Below are positions 34,006 to 43,595 of a stretch of DNA of 64,000 nt, in pieces. The notes under the pieces were generated by a model. The model was not told the DNA's origin, did no database searches, and saw only the letters and a list, made by a program, of their open reading frames with translations. The stretch is from Spirochaetia bacterium (GTDB lineage Bacteria; Spirochaetota; Spirochaetia; UBA9216): NCBI GenBank assembly GCA_963675665.1, contig OY776510.1:736001-800000 (forward strand). Direction: 5' to 3'. Numbering within the stretch: the stretch's first letter is position 1; each line of letters opens with the position of its first letter. The position numbers and the translations under genes are program-made.

Positions 34006-35823
34006 TTAATCGATCAATCCCATACTCAGACCGTCGCTTCCGGCATTATACCCAATACTATCACTTGTTAAACGATATCTGGAATCCATATTCGGTTCAC
34101 CGATAATATTATTTTGAAAAAGCTCATTGTAAGTTGATAGTAATGAATTATTTACACTAATTCTCATAGACGGATTCCAGTTGAATTGATGGAAATCCCA
34201 TATATCTTTTAAATTCTCAATTAATATACTGTTTTCAACAATCAAGCTTCCGCCGGAACCTTCCCAGGAATAATTATCTCCGTGTCGTATCCCGATTTCA
34301 TTTTCCATTATAAGGCAATGATCAATATCAACTCTATGCTCAACATTACTGTAACCCAATTCGATTCCCTGGCCACAATTCCTTATCACAGTATTATATA
34401 TAGTGTGCTGAATAACATCATTATCAGTACTAGTCAGAGCTAAACCCTCATGAAAACATGACTCTATCCAACAATTATTAATTGTTAAGTCGCCCATATT
34501 TCCACTGTCTATTCCATCATCCTTACAATTAATAATAACTGTGTTATTCAGTGTCGCGGTTGCTGATGCTGCAAAGTATAAAGCGTCATTATCGTTATCT
34601 ATATAATTCCTGCTGCTATCTGGAAAATCAAGCAAATAACTATTTTCTATTAACACATCAGAAGCGTTAAACTGACCGGCTGACTGTGCCCTTTGAATAA
34701 GTGAATTTTGAATAGTTACAGATGCTCCTGTTCCTCCAAAAGCCTGTGTTTTTGTATTAATAATATAGGAATTATTCAGTAATATTGTAGATAAATCCTG
34801 AAAAAAGAAAAGAGGCTGTCCCCCGGCGTGACCCCAGCTGTAATCTTTGGAATTCGCTCCACTATTTATAAAAATCGCTCCTGTTGCCGTAAAATCTGTA
34901 GTTGTGTCGCTAAAAATAAATCCGCCCCAATATTCTTCTTTCGAAGCAGAGGTGAAAACAACCGGGTTCGCGATTGTTCCATTAATAATAATATTGCCGT
35001 CACATATGAAATCAGCATTGTTGCTAACTTTTATAATTGTGCCTTCTTCTATTGTCAGAGTTTCCCCCGCAGGTATCTGCACATCACTTAAGATTGAAAT
35101 AAAACTAAATGAATTCCAACTTTGGGTTTCAATGAGACCTGCTTTTTCAATCCAGACAGGATTCTCGGTAAATGTAATTGCTTTCAGGTCGCTTGTTTCT
35201 GAGTCAATACTAACATCAAAAGATCCTACAGAAGTATTATGATCGTATAGAATAACAGAACCTACTCCTCTTTGTATTTCCAGTAATTCTGAGCTAAAAG
35301 AAAAGTCGGCATAATTATAAACAGGAATAATAATACTCGACTCTTTTATATTTACAATAATCGGAAGTGGCAAATTTACCGGATATGATTTAGGAGAAAT
35401 TACTTCGATTAAAGGCGTATTATAATCTGAAATTACCGGTATCGAATAATTTTTCAAATCAGGACAAGATAATCCCCAATCTGCCCATCCTCTCACCGGA
35501 TGTAATATTATAAATTGAACTTTTTCATAGTATTTCTGCCCATTAAGCAGATGTTCATAAAATATTTCCACTTCATAATAACCGGGTAAAGCAACCCGGT
35601 AAGAAGTATCTGGTTCTATGGATTCTCCATTAAGATAAATTTTATATGTATACTCAGCATTTGTATTTATTTTGAATAATACAGGCTCCCAGTATGAAAC
35701 CTTGTTTTCTACACCGGTCAATAGCGGCAAGACTTCTTCTTCATCCAATACTGACGACTGGTCAGAACAAGAATAAGAAAGTAAAATCAAGATAAAACAA
35801 ATTATGTATCTATAACGAAACAC
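34006..35823 (-). CDS. Lipoprotein with right-handed parallel beta-helix repeats
   Basis: Lipobox SYSC; GTIANPVVFTS, WGG, DNDNDALY, DDGID and repeated IxNs.i motifs. Confidence 0.8.
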   Translation of the reverse strand: MFRYRYIICFILILLSYSCSDQSSVLDEEEVLPLLTGVENKVSYWEPVLFKINTNAEYTYKIYLNGESIEPDTSYRVALPGYYEVEIFYEHLLNGQKYYEKVQFIILHPVRGWADWGLSCPDLKNYSIPVISDYNTPLIEVISPKSYPVNLPLPIIVNIKESSIIIPVYNYADFSFSSELLEIQRGVGSVILYDHNTSVGSFDVSIDSETSDLKAITFTENPVWIEKAGLIETQSWNSFSFISILSDVQIPAGETLTIEEGTIIKVSNNADFICDGNIIINGTIANPVVFTSASKEEYWGGFIFSDTTTDFTATGAIFINSGANSKDYSWGHAGGQPLFFFQDLSTILLNNSYIINTKTQAFGGTGASVTIQNSLIQRAQSAGQFNASDVLIENSYLLDFPDSSRNYIDNDNDALYFAASATATLNNTVIINCKDDGIDSGNMGDLTINNCWIESCFHEGLALTSTDNDVIQHTIYNTVIRNCGQGIELGYSNVEHRVDIDHCLIMENEIGIRHGDNYSWEGSGGSLIVENSILIENLKDIWDFHQFNWNPSMRISVNNSLLSTYNELFQNNIIGEPNMDSRYRLTSDSIGYNAGSDGLSMGLID

Positions 35824-36811
35824 AAATCTCCCCTGTAAGACTATTTACTATTGTGTTTAGTCTATATTCATAATTATACTGCATTTTTGTAGTTAAAAAC
35901 TTATTTAATTCAAAGGAAACACCTCCTCCGGTATTAATAAATGACTCATCAGATACTTTTGTTACACTATCGTCATAAAACTCAAATGTACAACAAATAG
36001 AAAATTTATTATATCTATATGAGAGTAAAGCCCCTCCGCCCCTCTTCCAATAAAAATAATCGTTCATAACGCTGGCAAAAATCTTCGATTCAAAGTATTC
36101 CAAAAGAAAACTAATGTCTTGAGAGTTATTTATTCCAAAAAAGAAATCTGTATATAATCCATGAGTAAAATTCTGCATTGGGATTTCCTTGAAAAATATG
36201 GAATCATATATATTATATCCAATTTTATACTTTGAATTCTTAAAAACCTTATCTTGAATGAAGATATTACCAACTAAAGAAAATGCTGTTTCGGCGCCAC
36301 CATCCAATAGCTCCTGATTATTAAATATTCCAATTTTATAACCTAATAAATTAAATACTTTCTTGCCATAGATTGAAACCCCAATATCTCGTCCCAGACA
36401 AAACTCATCTGTTATATTATAATGATTAATATATGTTCGCTCGTTATCCCCAAGAGAATATTCCTCGCCGAATGGTGTTTTATATTTTCCAATCTTAATC
36501 GAATGGTTTTTATTAATTTTTTTATCCAGATATATATCTTTTATTTTAAAAAAATAATCTTCATCATTTGACGAATTTGAAAAATCAATTTCGACATTTG
36601 CACTATAGCCGTCCTGAAATTTTAATTCTAATCCGGGTTGAAGTTCGCCCAGATGGAATTTTCCAAAGCCGTCGGAATCATAATACGAATATACTCCCGC
36701 CATATCAAATTTAAATTCCAATTCAAACTCTTCACTCTTATAAAAATTAATATCGGCAAAAAGAATATGACTGCAATTGATAATAAGCAGAATAAATATA
36801 AGTTTTCTCAA
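35810..36811 (-). CDS. Outer-membrane beta-barrel porin resembling phosphate-selective OprO/OprP
   Basis: Signal peptide; IKDIYLD, KIGKYKTPFGEE, GRDIGVSIYG and YKIGIFN. Confidence 0.7.
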   Translation of the reverse strand: MRKLIFILLIINCSHILFADINFYKSEEFELEFKFDMAGVYSYYDSDGFGKFHLGELQPGLELKFQDGYSANVEIDFSNSSNDEDYFFKIKDIYLDKKINKNHSIKIGKYKTPFGEEYSLGDNERTYINHYNITDEFCLGRDIGVSIYGKKVFNLLGYKIGIFNNQELLDGGAETAFSLVGNIFIQDKVFKNSKYKIGYNIYDSIFFKEIPMQNFTHGLYTDFFFGINNSQDISFLLEYFESKIFASVMNDYFYWKRGGGALLSYRYNKFSICCTFEFYDDSVTKVSDESFINTGGGVSFELNKFLTTKMQYNYEYRLNTIVNSLTGEICVSL

Positions 36812-37314
36812 GACTCATTACTCCTTCCCATCGTATGCTCCTCAAAATATTTATATATTCCGCCTCCATCTATTTCCAATCCATATGATCCGTTATAGGT
36901 ATCAGGTATATCATCAATACGATCTATTACATAATCTTTGCCACTATCTGTGTATATTAATATTATTGATTCTCCCATTTTTAATTTAAAATCAGTGCTT
37001 CCATTTTCTTCTTTTCCATCACAGATGACAACTTCAAAAGATTTTCCGGGAATTATGCTTCCTGAAGGGAATGTCCATTTTTCTCCGAGCAGATCATCAT
37101 TTAAAGATATCCTTGAAAGGTCAATTGCTGTTTCTGAGGAGTTATACAACTCTATCCAGTCATCCTCATCTGTGTTATTATTCGAATATTCATTTATAAA
37201 TAGTACTTTCTGAGATTGTAAGAATGAAAATTCTTTTTCCTCATAAAAAAAGGAACATCCTGATATAATAAAAACAAAAAATAATAGACTGTATTTTTTC
37301 AGATAAAACTCCAT
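36808..37314 (-). CDS. Lamin-tail-domain (LTD) lipoprotein
   Basis: Lipobox ISGC; LFINEY, DWIELYN, IDLS...LND, WTFPSGS and TDFKL. Confidence 0.88.
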   Translation of the reverse strand: MEFYLKKYSLLFFVFIISGCSFFYEEKEFSFLQSQKVLFINEYSNNNTDEDDWIELYNSSETAIDLSRISLNDDLLGEKWTFPSGSIIPGKSFEVVICDGKEENGSTDFKLKMGESIILIYTDSGKDYVIDRIDDIPDTYNGSYGLEIDGGGIYKYFEEHTMGRSNES

Positions 37315-37322
37315 TTTATTTA

Positions 37323-37958
37323 TTATAGCTCCTCCTCCGGAATATAAAAAATTCTTATCTTTGCCGTGTCCTGAAGAAAATCGATTTGATTAATCTCAAC
37401 TCTCGAAATTTCAAGTCCGGTTCGCGCAGATAGATCAGCGATTAATTCATCACGTCTTTCCGGAACAATGAGTTCAATTTTTTCATATAATATTATTTTT
37501 GTATAAATATTATTGAAAATTTTATGTTCAAGAAAAGCTGTAGAGGCAATGATAGTAATATTTGCAAGAAGCAATTCAGTATGACTGACGCTTTTATTTG
37601 ATAATGCATTAATCACACCAACACCAATAATAATAAACATATACGTCATTTCTTTTATTGCAATTTGAGAAGTACGATACCTTAATATCCCGAAAATCGC
37701 AAATAACCCTACCGCGAAACCCATTTCAACATCTACACTTTCAAGAAGAAAACATAATAAAAAGACAACTGTGCTTAAGAGGAAGAAAGTGAAAACATAA
37801 TTCTTATGTTTTTGTAATTCTACTCGCTGTCTTTTTTTTCTATAATAAATTGAGCAAATTATGAAAGTTACGATTAAATGAAATACTAATCTGACAATCA
37901 GTTCGAAAAAATCATCAGGATTAATTATTTTAATCCCTAAAAACCTGAGATTATCCAA
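37323..37958 (-). CDS. DUF4956-family membrane protein
   Basis: GFAVGLFAIFGILRYRT, KEMTYMF and ELIADLSARTG; about 4 TM plus soluble C-terminal domain. Confidence 0.88.
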   Translation of the reverse strand: MDNLRFLGIKIINPDDFFELIVRLVFHLIVTFIICSIYYRKKRQRVELQKHKNYVFTFFLLSTVVFLLCFLLESVDVEMGFAVGLFAIFGILRYRTSQIAIKEMTYMFIIIGVGVINALSNKSVSHTELLLANITIIASTAFLEHKIFNNIYTKIILYEKIELIVPERRDELIADLSARTGLEISRVEINQIDFLQDTAKIRIFYIPEEEL

Positions 37959-38724
37959 AAATTTCCTCCATTCCCTGAATTAATTTTATAATTTGTCTGT
38001 TTCGTTTTTTAAACCTGTTAGATTTTAAAAATGATGAATTTAGTATATTCTGTCCTAAACAATATTTACTTATCTTAAAAGGAAATATTCCTTCACTTTT
38101 CATATAGCGATAAAAATCGGTTTTTTGTCCTTTTGATTTAACTTCAATAACAGCCAAATTATTCAATTTAACTTTATTCCCTTTCATATGATAAGCAAGG
38201 TTATAATCAATTGTAACTCTTTCGTTAGAGTCGAAGTTTACTAAAGTAAACCGACTAAACTCAATATTAAACTGTTTTTCCAAATCTTCCGGCAGATATG
38301 GTGTTTTTTCCGTAATGAATTTCTCAATTATTTCAGAATTATCATTCGCAGAATTTAATTCTAACCTCTTCTTATCTACTCTTCCCACATTAGATTTAAA
38401 TTTTGATTCAATGAAACAGAGATCTGAATCCAGATACCTTCTTATACGAATTTTATACCTGTTCAATTTTTTATTATGATGTTTCAGATACATTTCACAA
38501 TCAGAAGTATCATAGTAAGTTGTAGAGTATCTAAAAACTCTTTTTTCATCAATTTCCAGTATTCTATATTGATTAATAAATCTTTTTAGCAGTTTTGGTA
38601 ATTTATCTTGACTAATTATAAATTTAGTATCAAATCTTTTCAGCAGAACTGCTGATTCTATTTCAATTAATGAAACAGGAGTAAAATCATTAAGAAATGA
38701 AATTTCATCACTGAGCAATTCCAT
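37951..38724 (-). CDS. VTC (polyphosphate polymerase / triphosphate-tunnel) domain protein
   Basis: KRFDTKF, YYDT, RYKIRIRRY, FIESK, ERVTID, IEVK and SKYC motifs. Confidence 0.9.
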   Translation of the reverse strand: MELLSDEISFLNDFTPVSLIEIESAVLLKRFDTKFIISQDKLPKLLKRFINQYRILEIDEKRVFRYSTTYYDTSDCEMYLKHHNKKLNRYKIRIRRYLDSDLCFIESKFKSNVGRVDKKRLELNSANDNSEIIEKFITEKTPYLPEDLEKQFNIEFSRFTLVNFDSNERVTIDYNLAYHMKGNKVKLNNLAVIEVKSKGQKTDFYRYMKSEGIFPFKISKYCLGQNILNSSFLKSNRFKKRNRQIIKLIQGMEEIFG

Positions 38725-38749
38725 AATTAACTCCAGAATTCATGTATAT

Positions 38750-39421
38750 TCATTTTTTTATTTCTGCAGCAACACTGTATACAGATTCAAAAATTTCCTG
38801 AGTTTCAGGTTTTGTAAATATTTTCATAATTGTATCCTGAAGCGGTATGGGATTATCAAACTGGGTTTCAGCATAACAGCGAATATAGGTGCGTGGAGCT
38901 CCATCGACAGATTCAAGGCTCTGCAGATACCAGAAACCTTCATATTCCTTAAAGTTACCTTCCTCGCAGTCTATCAGGCGCCAGTTCATTACAAACTCAG
39001 TTGAGGTGAACTTTACAACATTTACTATAGTTGTATAGATGTAATCCTGACCTATTCCCAGAAATTTCGCACTGGTATGTATTTTTTGGCGATGAGGAAC
39101 AGTTAAAGGATCTTCCGGATTAAGATCAACAGTATCAATCATTCTTTTAAACACTTTTTCACCGTTATCATGATCGGAAATTATCTCTGCGAGAGTTTTT
39201 AACTTAATATCGAAGACTGCATGAAAATCGGAGACTGCATGTATGCGTTTCTCGCCATCTTCACTTAATCGATTTATCCTAAGTGTAATTTCTTTTGCCT
39301 TCTTTCCTAATGAAGAAATATCTGCTCCAGGCGCTATTGAGTATTGTGAATTTAACGAGTACAAATTCACTGTAGTTAGTAATGTTAAGAAAAAAAGAAT
39401 TATTCTACATAAAAGTTTCAT
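38750..39421 (-). CDS. Secreted SRPBCC/START-like protein (paralog of 29705-30316)
   Basis: Signal peptide; FKEYEGFWYL; colinear with 29705-30316. Confidence 0.6.
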   Translation of the reverse strand: MKLLCRIILFFLTLLTTVNLYSLNSQYSIAPGADISSLGKKAKEITLRINRLSEDGEKRIHAVSDFHAVFDIKLKTLAEIISDHDNGEKVFKRMIDTVDLNPEDPLTVPHRQKIHTSAKFLGIGQDYIYTTIVNVVKFTSTEFVMNWRLIDCEEGNFKEYEGFWYLQSLESVDGAPRTYIRCYAETQFDNPIPLQDTIMKIFTKPETQEIFESVYSVAAEIKK

Positions 39422-41036
39422 TGCTTATTGTCATCTTTACTGATATTACTGCCTGAAAATCATTGAATACTGATTCGGGTTCATGATTAAAATTATTTAT
39501 GTTTATATATGCAAGATTTACACTTGCGCATAAAAACGGGAAGATTTCATAAGTGCCGTACAGACCTATAACAAGTTTGTATTCTGGAATACCTGTAGGT
39601 GTTTTTAATCCTGCAGCTTCCGCAGTTTCTTCATATTCAGTTGCAATTGTATTCCCGCCTTTTAGAATATAATCAGCCGTTAGTGCTGCTTTAATCATTC
39701 CAGGAATCGTATAACCTGCTTCAGAAGAAAATGCTATTGTATCAGGTCCATATTTATAACCTATAGGCTTATAGATGTTGACCCTTTTGTTAAGAATGTC
39801 CGATGATTCCCGATGAGACCATACCATACCGGCTTCAGGAATTTCCAGTAAATAACACCACGGGCTGGTGTATAAATATTCAAAATAAGCCGAGATATAA
39901 CCGGGACCAACAGGTAGTGAAAAATCTATTCCAAGCAAGTGCGCATCAGCATTCGGCGTGACGTTGACTTCACTTCCGTATTCGGCCTGTTCCAGTCCTG
40001 TACTTATTTCATCAAGCAGGTATTCTCCATAGAACTCTATACCGGACAGAGGAACAATACTGAACCCGGCAGTCATACAAATATTTGCCACGCTTATGTT
40101 TCCGTCTTCATCGGTAATCGGATGATTTCTGAATAGATTGTGGTATACAATTAAAGGATTAATAAACTGCAATTCAGTAGATTCACCGTAGAATAATGAA
40201 GATTCATTAACAGAAAGTGTAAATTTATCAAAAAATCGTGCTTCCAGCGCATGATCTACTTGATACCGCTGAGCCGGATCATAATCGGTCCAGCTTTCGA
40301 AATTCAGATATGTCCAGGTATAAGCAAAATTATCTGTATATCCCCGGATCTTAAAAAAATCATAATAGTCCGGATACGAAGACAGAAGCAGTTTTCCGTT
40401 TTTTCCATTGCCATATTCAAACTGATCTCTGCCTAATTGAATATTCCAGTTGCTGCCGCCGAATGAAAAAAAACCGCGATCCGGAAAATGGTAATTAAGA
40501 TCTCCAAACGAAACGGGCAGATTTGTATAATTTCCTTTATATTCTCCATCATCATCAGTATCAGTAATTATAAATCTGCTTTCTTCAAAATCGGGTTCCA
40601 TAACTGCATAGAACCCTTTGTTAAACCAGGTTTCTGCGGTAACTGTTAAAAAAGGCCGGCGATCTTCATAAGCATAATACCATTGTGTTTCATCATCGGA
40701 ACTATGAAGATAAGACTCAATAGAAGCTGCTATTGAAACATCCATTAAAAATCCATTTTCTTGATATATTCCGGAGTGTTCCAATAACTTCTCAAGCCGT
40801 TTCATCGCAATCTTGCCAGGTTGCGACAACTGTCCTTCGTCTATCTGTTCGATAATATTTTTTATTTGCGCCTCGGAAAAAGGCTTGACAGCCGATAGAG
40901 AACTGACCCCTGCTTCAGCTTCCAGAAGACTCATCAGGCTGTATATCTCAGAATCAATAGGAACAATTTTTTGATCGTTTGGGAAAAGTGAAAAAGGAAT
41001 TATTAATAATAAAAAAACAACCAGGAACTTATTCAT
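39405..41036 (-). CDS. Wzi (capsule assembly)-like outer-membrane protein
   Basis: Signal peptide; IQLGRDQFEYGNG...LLLS, YGEYLLDE and IGYKYGPD. Confidence 0.7.
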   Translation of the reverse strand: MNKFLVVFLLLIIPFSLFPNDQKIVPIDSEIYSLMSLLEAEAGVSSLSAVKPFSEAQIKNIIEQIDEGQLSQPGKIAMKRLEKLLEHSGIYQENGFLMDVSIAASIESYLHSSDDETQWYYAYEDRRPFLTVTAETWFNKGFYAVMEPDFEESRFIITDTDDDGEYKGNYTNLPVSFGDLNYHFPDRGFFSFGGSNWNIQLGRDQFEYGNGKNGKLLLSSYPDYYDFFKIRGYTDNFAYTWTYLNFESWTDYDPAQRYQVDHALEARFFDKFTLSVNESSLFYGESTELQFINPLIVYHNLFRNHPITDEDGNISVANICMTAGFSIVPLSGIEFYGEYLLDEISTGLEQAEYGSEVNVTPNADAHLLGIDFSLPVGPGYISAYFEYLYTSPWCYLLEIPEAGMVWSHRESSDILNKRVNIYKPIGYKYGPDTIAFSSEAGYTIPGMIKAALTADYILKGGNTIATEYEETAEAAGLKTPTGIPEYKLVIGLYGTYEIFPFLCASVNLAYININNFNHEPESVFNDFQAVISVKMTISNETFM

Positions 41037-41042
41037 AATCTT

Positions 41043-42437
41043 TTATATCGAATAGATTACTCCCAGGGAAATTGAAAAGATACCCTTATTATATTCAGAC
41101 GGGACCCAATATTGTATCATATTTACATCACTTTGTAATTCGACAGGCACATCAGTAAGCTCGAGAACATTCCAGATATAGCCTACTTCCAGGGCAGCGC
41201 TTATTTTCAGATCCGAAAGATCTATCTCCGGAAGACCGCGGGACACCCCGGCCGTCAACACCAGTTTTTTCTCCAGTACATCTGCATCGAGAAACTTCGT
41301 ACCTGCATCCGGTACCTGTGTCCACAATTCGTATTCCGACCATGGATTTGCAGGAGATTTGCTGCCTGATAAAGAGAACTCAACAGAAGTATATAATCCG
41401 ATATCAAACCACTCAGCAGTATAATCAGCCATAATTGTGAAATTATTCTCTCCGTTGTAGTACCCGATATAGTTATCCTCTAATTCAATAGGCATTATTA
41501 CGCCATTAGCATAATATGTTGCCTCCGGATAAAAACTGTAACCGTATTTATAATCAATTGAACTTCCGCCGGATGATTGAAAGGTATATTTTGTTGCACC
41601 TGCATGATACAGACCGACAATGCCGAAATTAAAATTATACCGGCATCCTGCCGACCATGCAATTTTATTCGGATTTTGAGAACTTTCCGGATTGAATATT
41701 GCATTGGCATTAAAATCATCTACTAAAACCTGGCCATATGCATAGAACCTTTCCGGCTCCCATTCAAGAAATAATCCCATAATTGAATTATCATTTCCGT
41801 CTACCTGCCAGGGTTTTCCGACAGAGACCCTTGTATACTGTTTGAAAAATCCAGGCAAAGGGTTTAAAAAATATTCGATATCAAAACTTCGTTCTGTATA
41901 GATCAAGGAATCCTGAAAGCCGAATTTGAAATCGCCAATATAAATTCCATAACTGTTATATTGCCATCCTCTTTCAGGAAAACCAAGAGCCGAATCACGA
42001 TTGAGCTCAGTCCATCGTGAAGTATAGAAGAAATTTCTATCATCATAACTGATATCAGCTAATAAAGCCGGGATAATTTTTGAGGAAACAAACAGACTAT
42101 ATGGCGAATCAATAGTATCATTTAAAGTCGTTCTTCCGAGTGTCACCGCCAGATCTTTCCATGTAAACTCAAAGCCTCCGTCCTCAAGAAAGAAGTAATA
42201 GCCAAAAAACAAGTCGTCACCATGCGAAGGCTGATATTTATTATCATTACAGACTGAAAGACTCCAGAAAAAATCTATATACTCATTGGTATGTCCAATG
42301 TCGAGAACACCGTACTGATAGAAGCTTTTTACGGAATTCAAATCATAAACAAAATCCGCTCCAGCTGAAACATCAAATGCGAATACATTTATTACAAAAC
42401 CTGTTATATAAAAAATTATAAAAATCAACTTTTTCAT
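41043..42437 (-). CDS. Second Wzi-like outer-membrane beta-barrel protein
   Basis: Signal peptide; VTLGR...SLFVSS, YGQVLVDD and IGYYNGEN; terminal amphipathic strand. Confidence 0.55.
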   Translation of the reverse strand: MKKLIFIIFYITGFVINVFAFDVSAGADFVYDLNSVKSFYQYGVLDIGHTNEYIDFFWSLSVCNDNKYQPSHGDDLFFGYYFFLEDGGFEFTWKDLAVTLGRTTLNDTIDSPYSLFVSSKIIPALLADISYDDRNFFYTSRWTELNRDSALGFPERGWQYNSYGIYIGDFKFGFQDSLIYTERSFDIEYFLNPLPGFFKQYTRVSVGKPWQVDGNDNSIMGLFLEWEPERFYAYGQVLVDDFNANAIFNPESSQNPNKIAWSAGCRYNFNFGIVGLYHAGATKYTFQSSGGSSIDYKYGYSFYPEATYYANGVIMPIELEDNYIGYYNGENNFTIMADYTAEWFDIGLYTSVEFSLSGSKSPANPWSEYELWTQVPDAGTKFLDADVLEKKLVLTAGVSRGLPEIDLSDLKISAALEVGYIWNVLELTDVPVELQSDVNMIQYWVPSEYNKGIFSISLGVIYSI

Positions 42438-43573
42438 TTTATTCTCTTTTTCCAGGAAATTATCGTTCCCTTCCAGTTAATAGTTCTTGTCAGTACGGCG
42501 ATAAAAAAACTTTGAACATAGATAAATGGATATAATAAAACGGATACAAACAAGCCCTTCCAATATCGTGTATTGACAGGACCTGTAAAACCAAGCAATA
42601 TCGAAGATAAAAATAAAAAGCCATACATAACCGACGGAAAAATAAAGAAAACCGGATTTAAAATTCCCAAAGGTATGCTTAACAAACAAAATGCTGTGAT
42701 AATCATTAATGCTATGAAACTCGTTTGGGCAAATCTGTTCTCTGAAAAAACAGCTCCCGCCGCCCAACGAACAGCTTGATTTGTATGTTCATTCCAGGTC
42801 CTTTTATGAACCGTTTCGATAAATGAATCGTCATTAAATAGAGCTCTGATTTTGTACTTTCCGGCAGTATTCACTTTTGAGATCAATTCTGCATCTTCTG
42901 TTGCTGAATGAAGAAGGCATTCATAACCTCCTACTGATAAATATGTTTCTTTTCTGATTGCAAGGTTATTTCCAAAGCAGCCTATAGGCTTGCCCAGACC
43001 AATCGCACCAAACGCAAACAACATCCTGAAAAAATGATCAAAATTCTGAAATCTGCAGAGGACATTGTTCTCACCCGTAAGAGTCAGCATCCCACAGACA
43101 ACTCCGGTTGAAAGATTGGAAAAAGCTTCTACCAATAACTCTGCCCAACACTCTCCCGCTTCACAATCAGCATCTGTAAATACAAAAAGTTCTCCTTCTG
43201 CCTGTTCAATTCCCTTAAGTAATACATTCACCTTGGGATTAAAAGCTCCCGGCGACTCAGTATTTGCAATAACTTTAATCTTCAGATTCGAAGCAGTATG
43301 AAAATTATTCATCAGCTTTAAACTTTGATCTTCGGATCTGTCGTCGATCAGAATAATTTCCAGGTTTTTATAACTTTGGTTTTCCAGAGATGTAAATAAC
43401 CTGGGCAGGTTTTCCGCTTCATTTCGGGCCGGTATAATGATTGATATAAAAGGCTGATAATCCTTATTAATGCCGTTTATATTAGCTCGTTTCTTTTCCA
43501 ACGACAAACCCAGTGCGACAAAAAAAGTAAGGACAATAAGTACTGCTGATATTAATAATATAAATATATGCAT
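42434..43573 (-). CDS. Membrane GT2 glycosyltransferase
   Basis: SIIIPARNE, DDRSED, FTDADC, TED and QAVRW motifs. Confidence 0.88.
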   Translation of the reverse strand: MHIFILLISAVLIVLTFFVALGLSLEKKRANINGINKDYQPFISIIIPARNEAENLPRLFTSLENQSYKNLEIILIDDRSEDQSLKLMNNFHTASNLKIKVIANTESPGAFNPKVNVLLKGIEQAEGELFVFTDADCEAGECWAELLVEAFSNLSTGVVCGMLTLTGENNVLCRFQNFDHFFRMLFAFGAIGLGKPIGCFGNNLAIRKETYLSVGGYECLLHSATEDAELISKVNTAGKYKIRALFNDDSFIETVHKRTWNEHTNQAVRWAAGAVFSENRFAQTSFIALMIITAFCLLSIPLGILNPVFFIFPSVMYGFLFLSSILLGFTGPVNTRYWKGLFVSVLLYPFIYVQSFFIAVLTRTINWKGTIISWKKRIK

Positions 43574-43595
43574 CTATCTCTTAAAAATAAAACAA

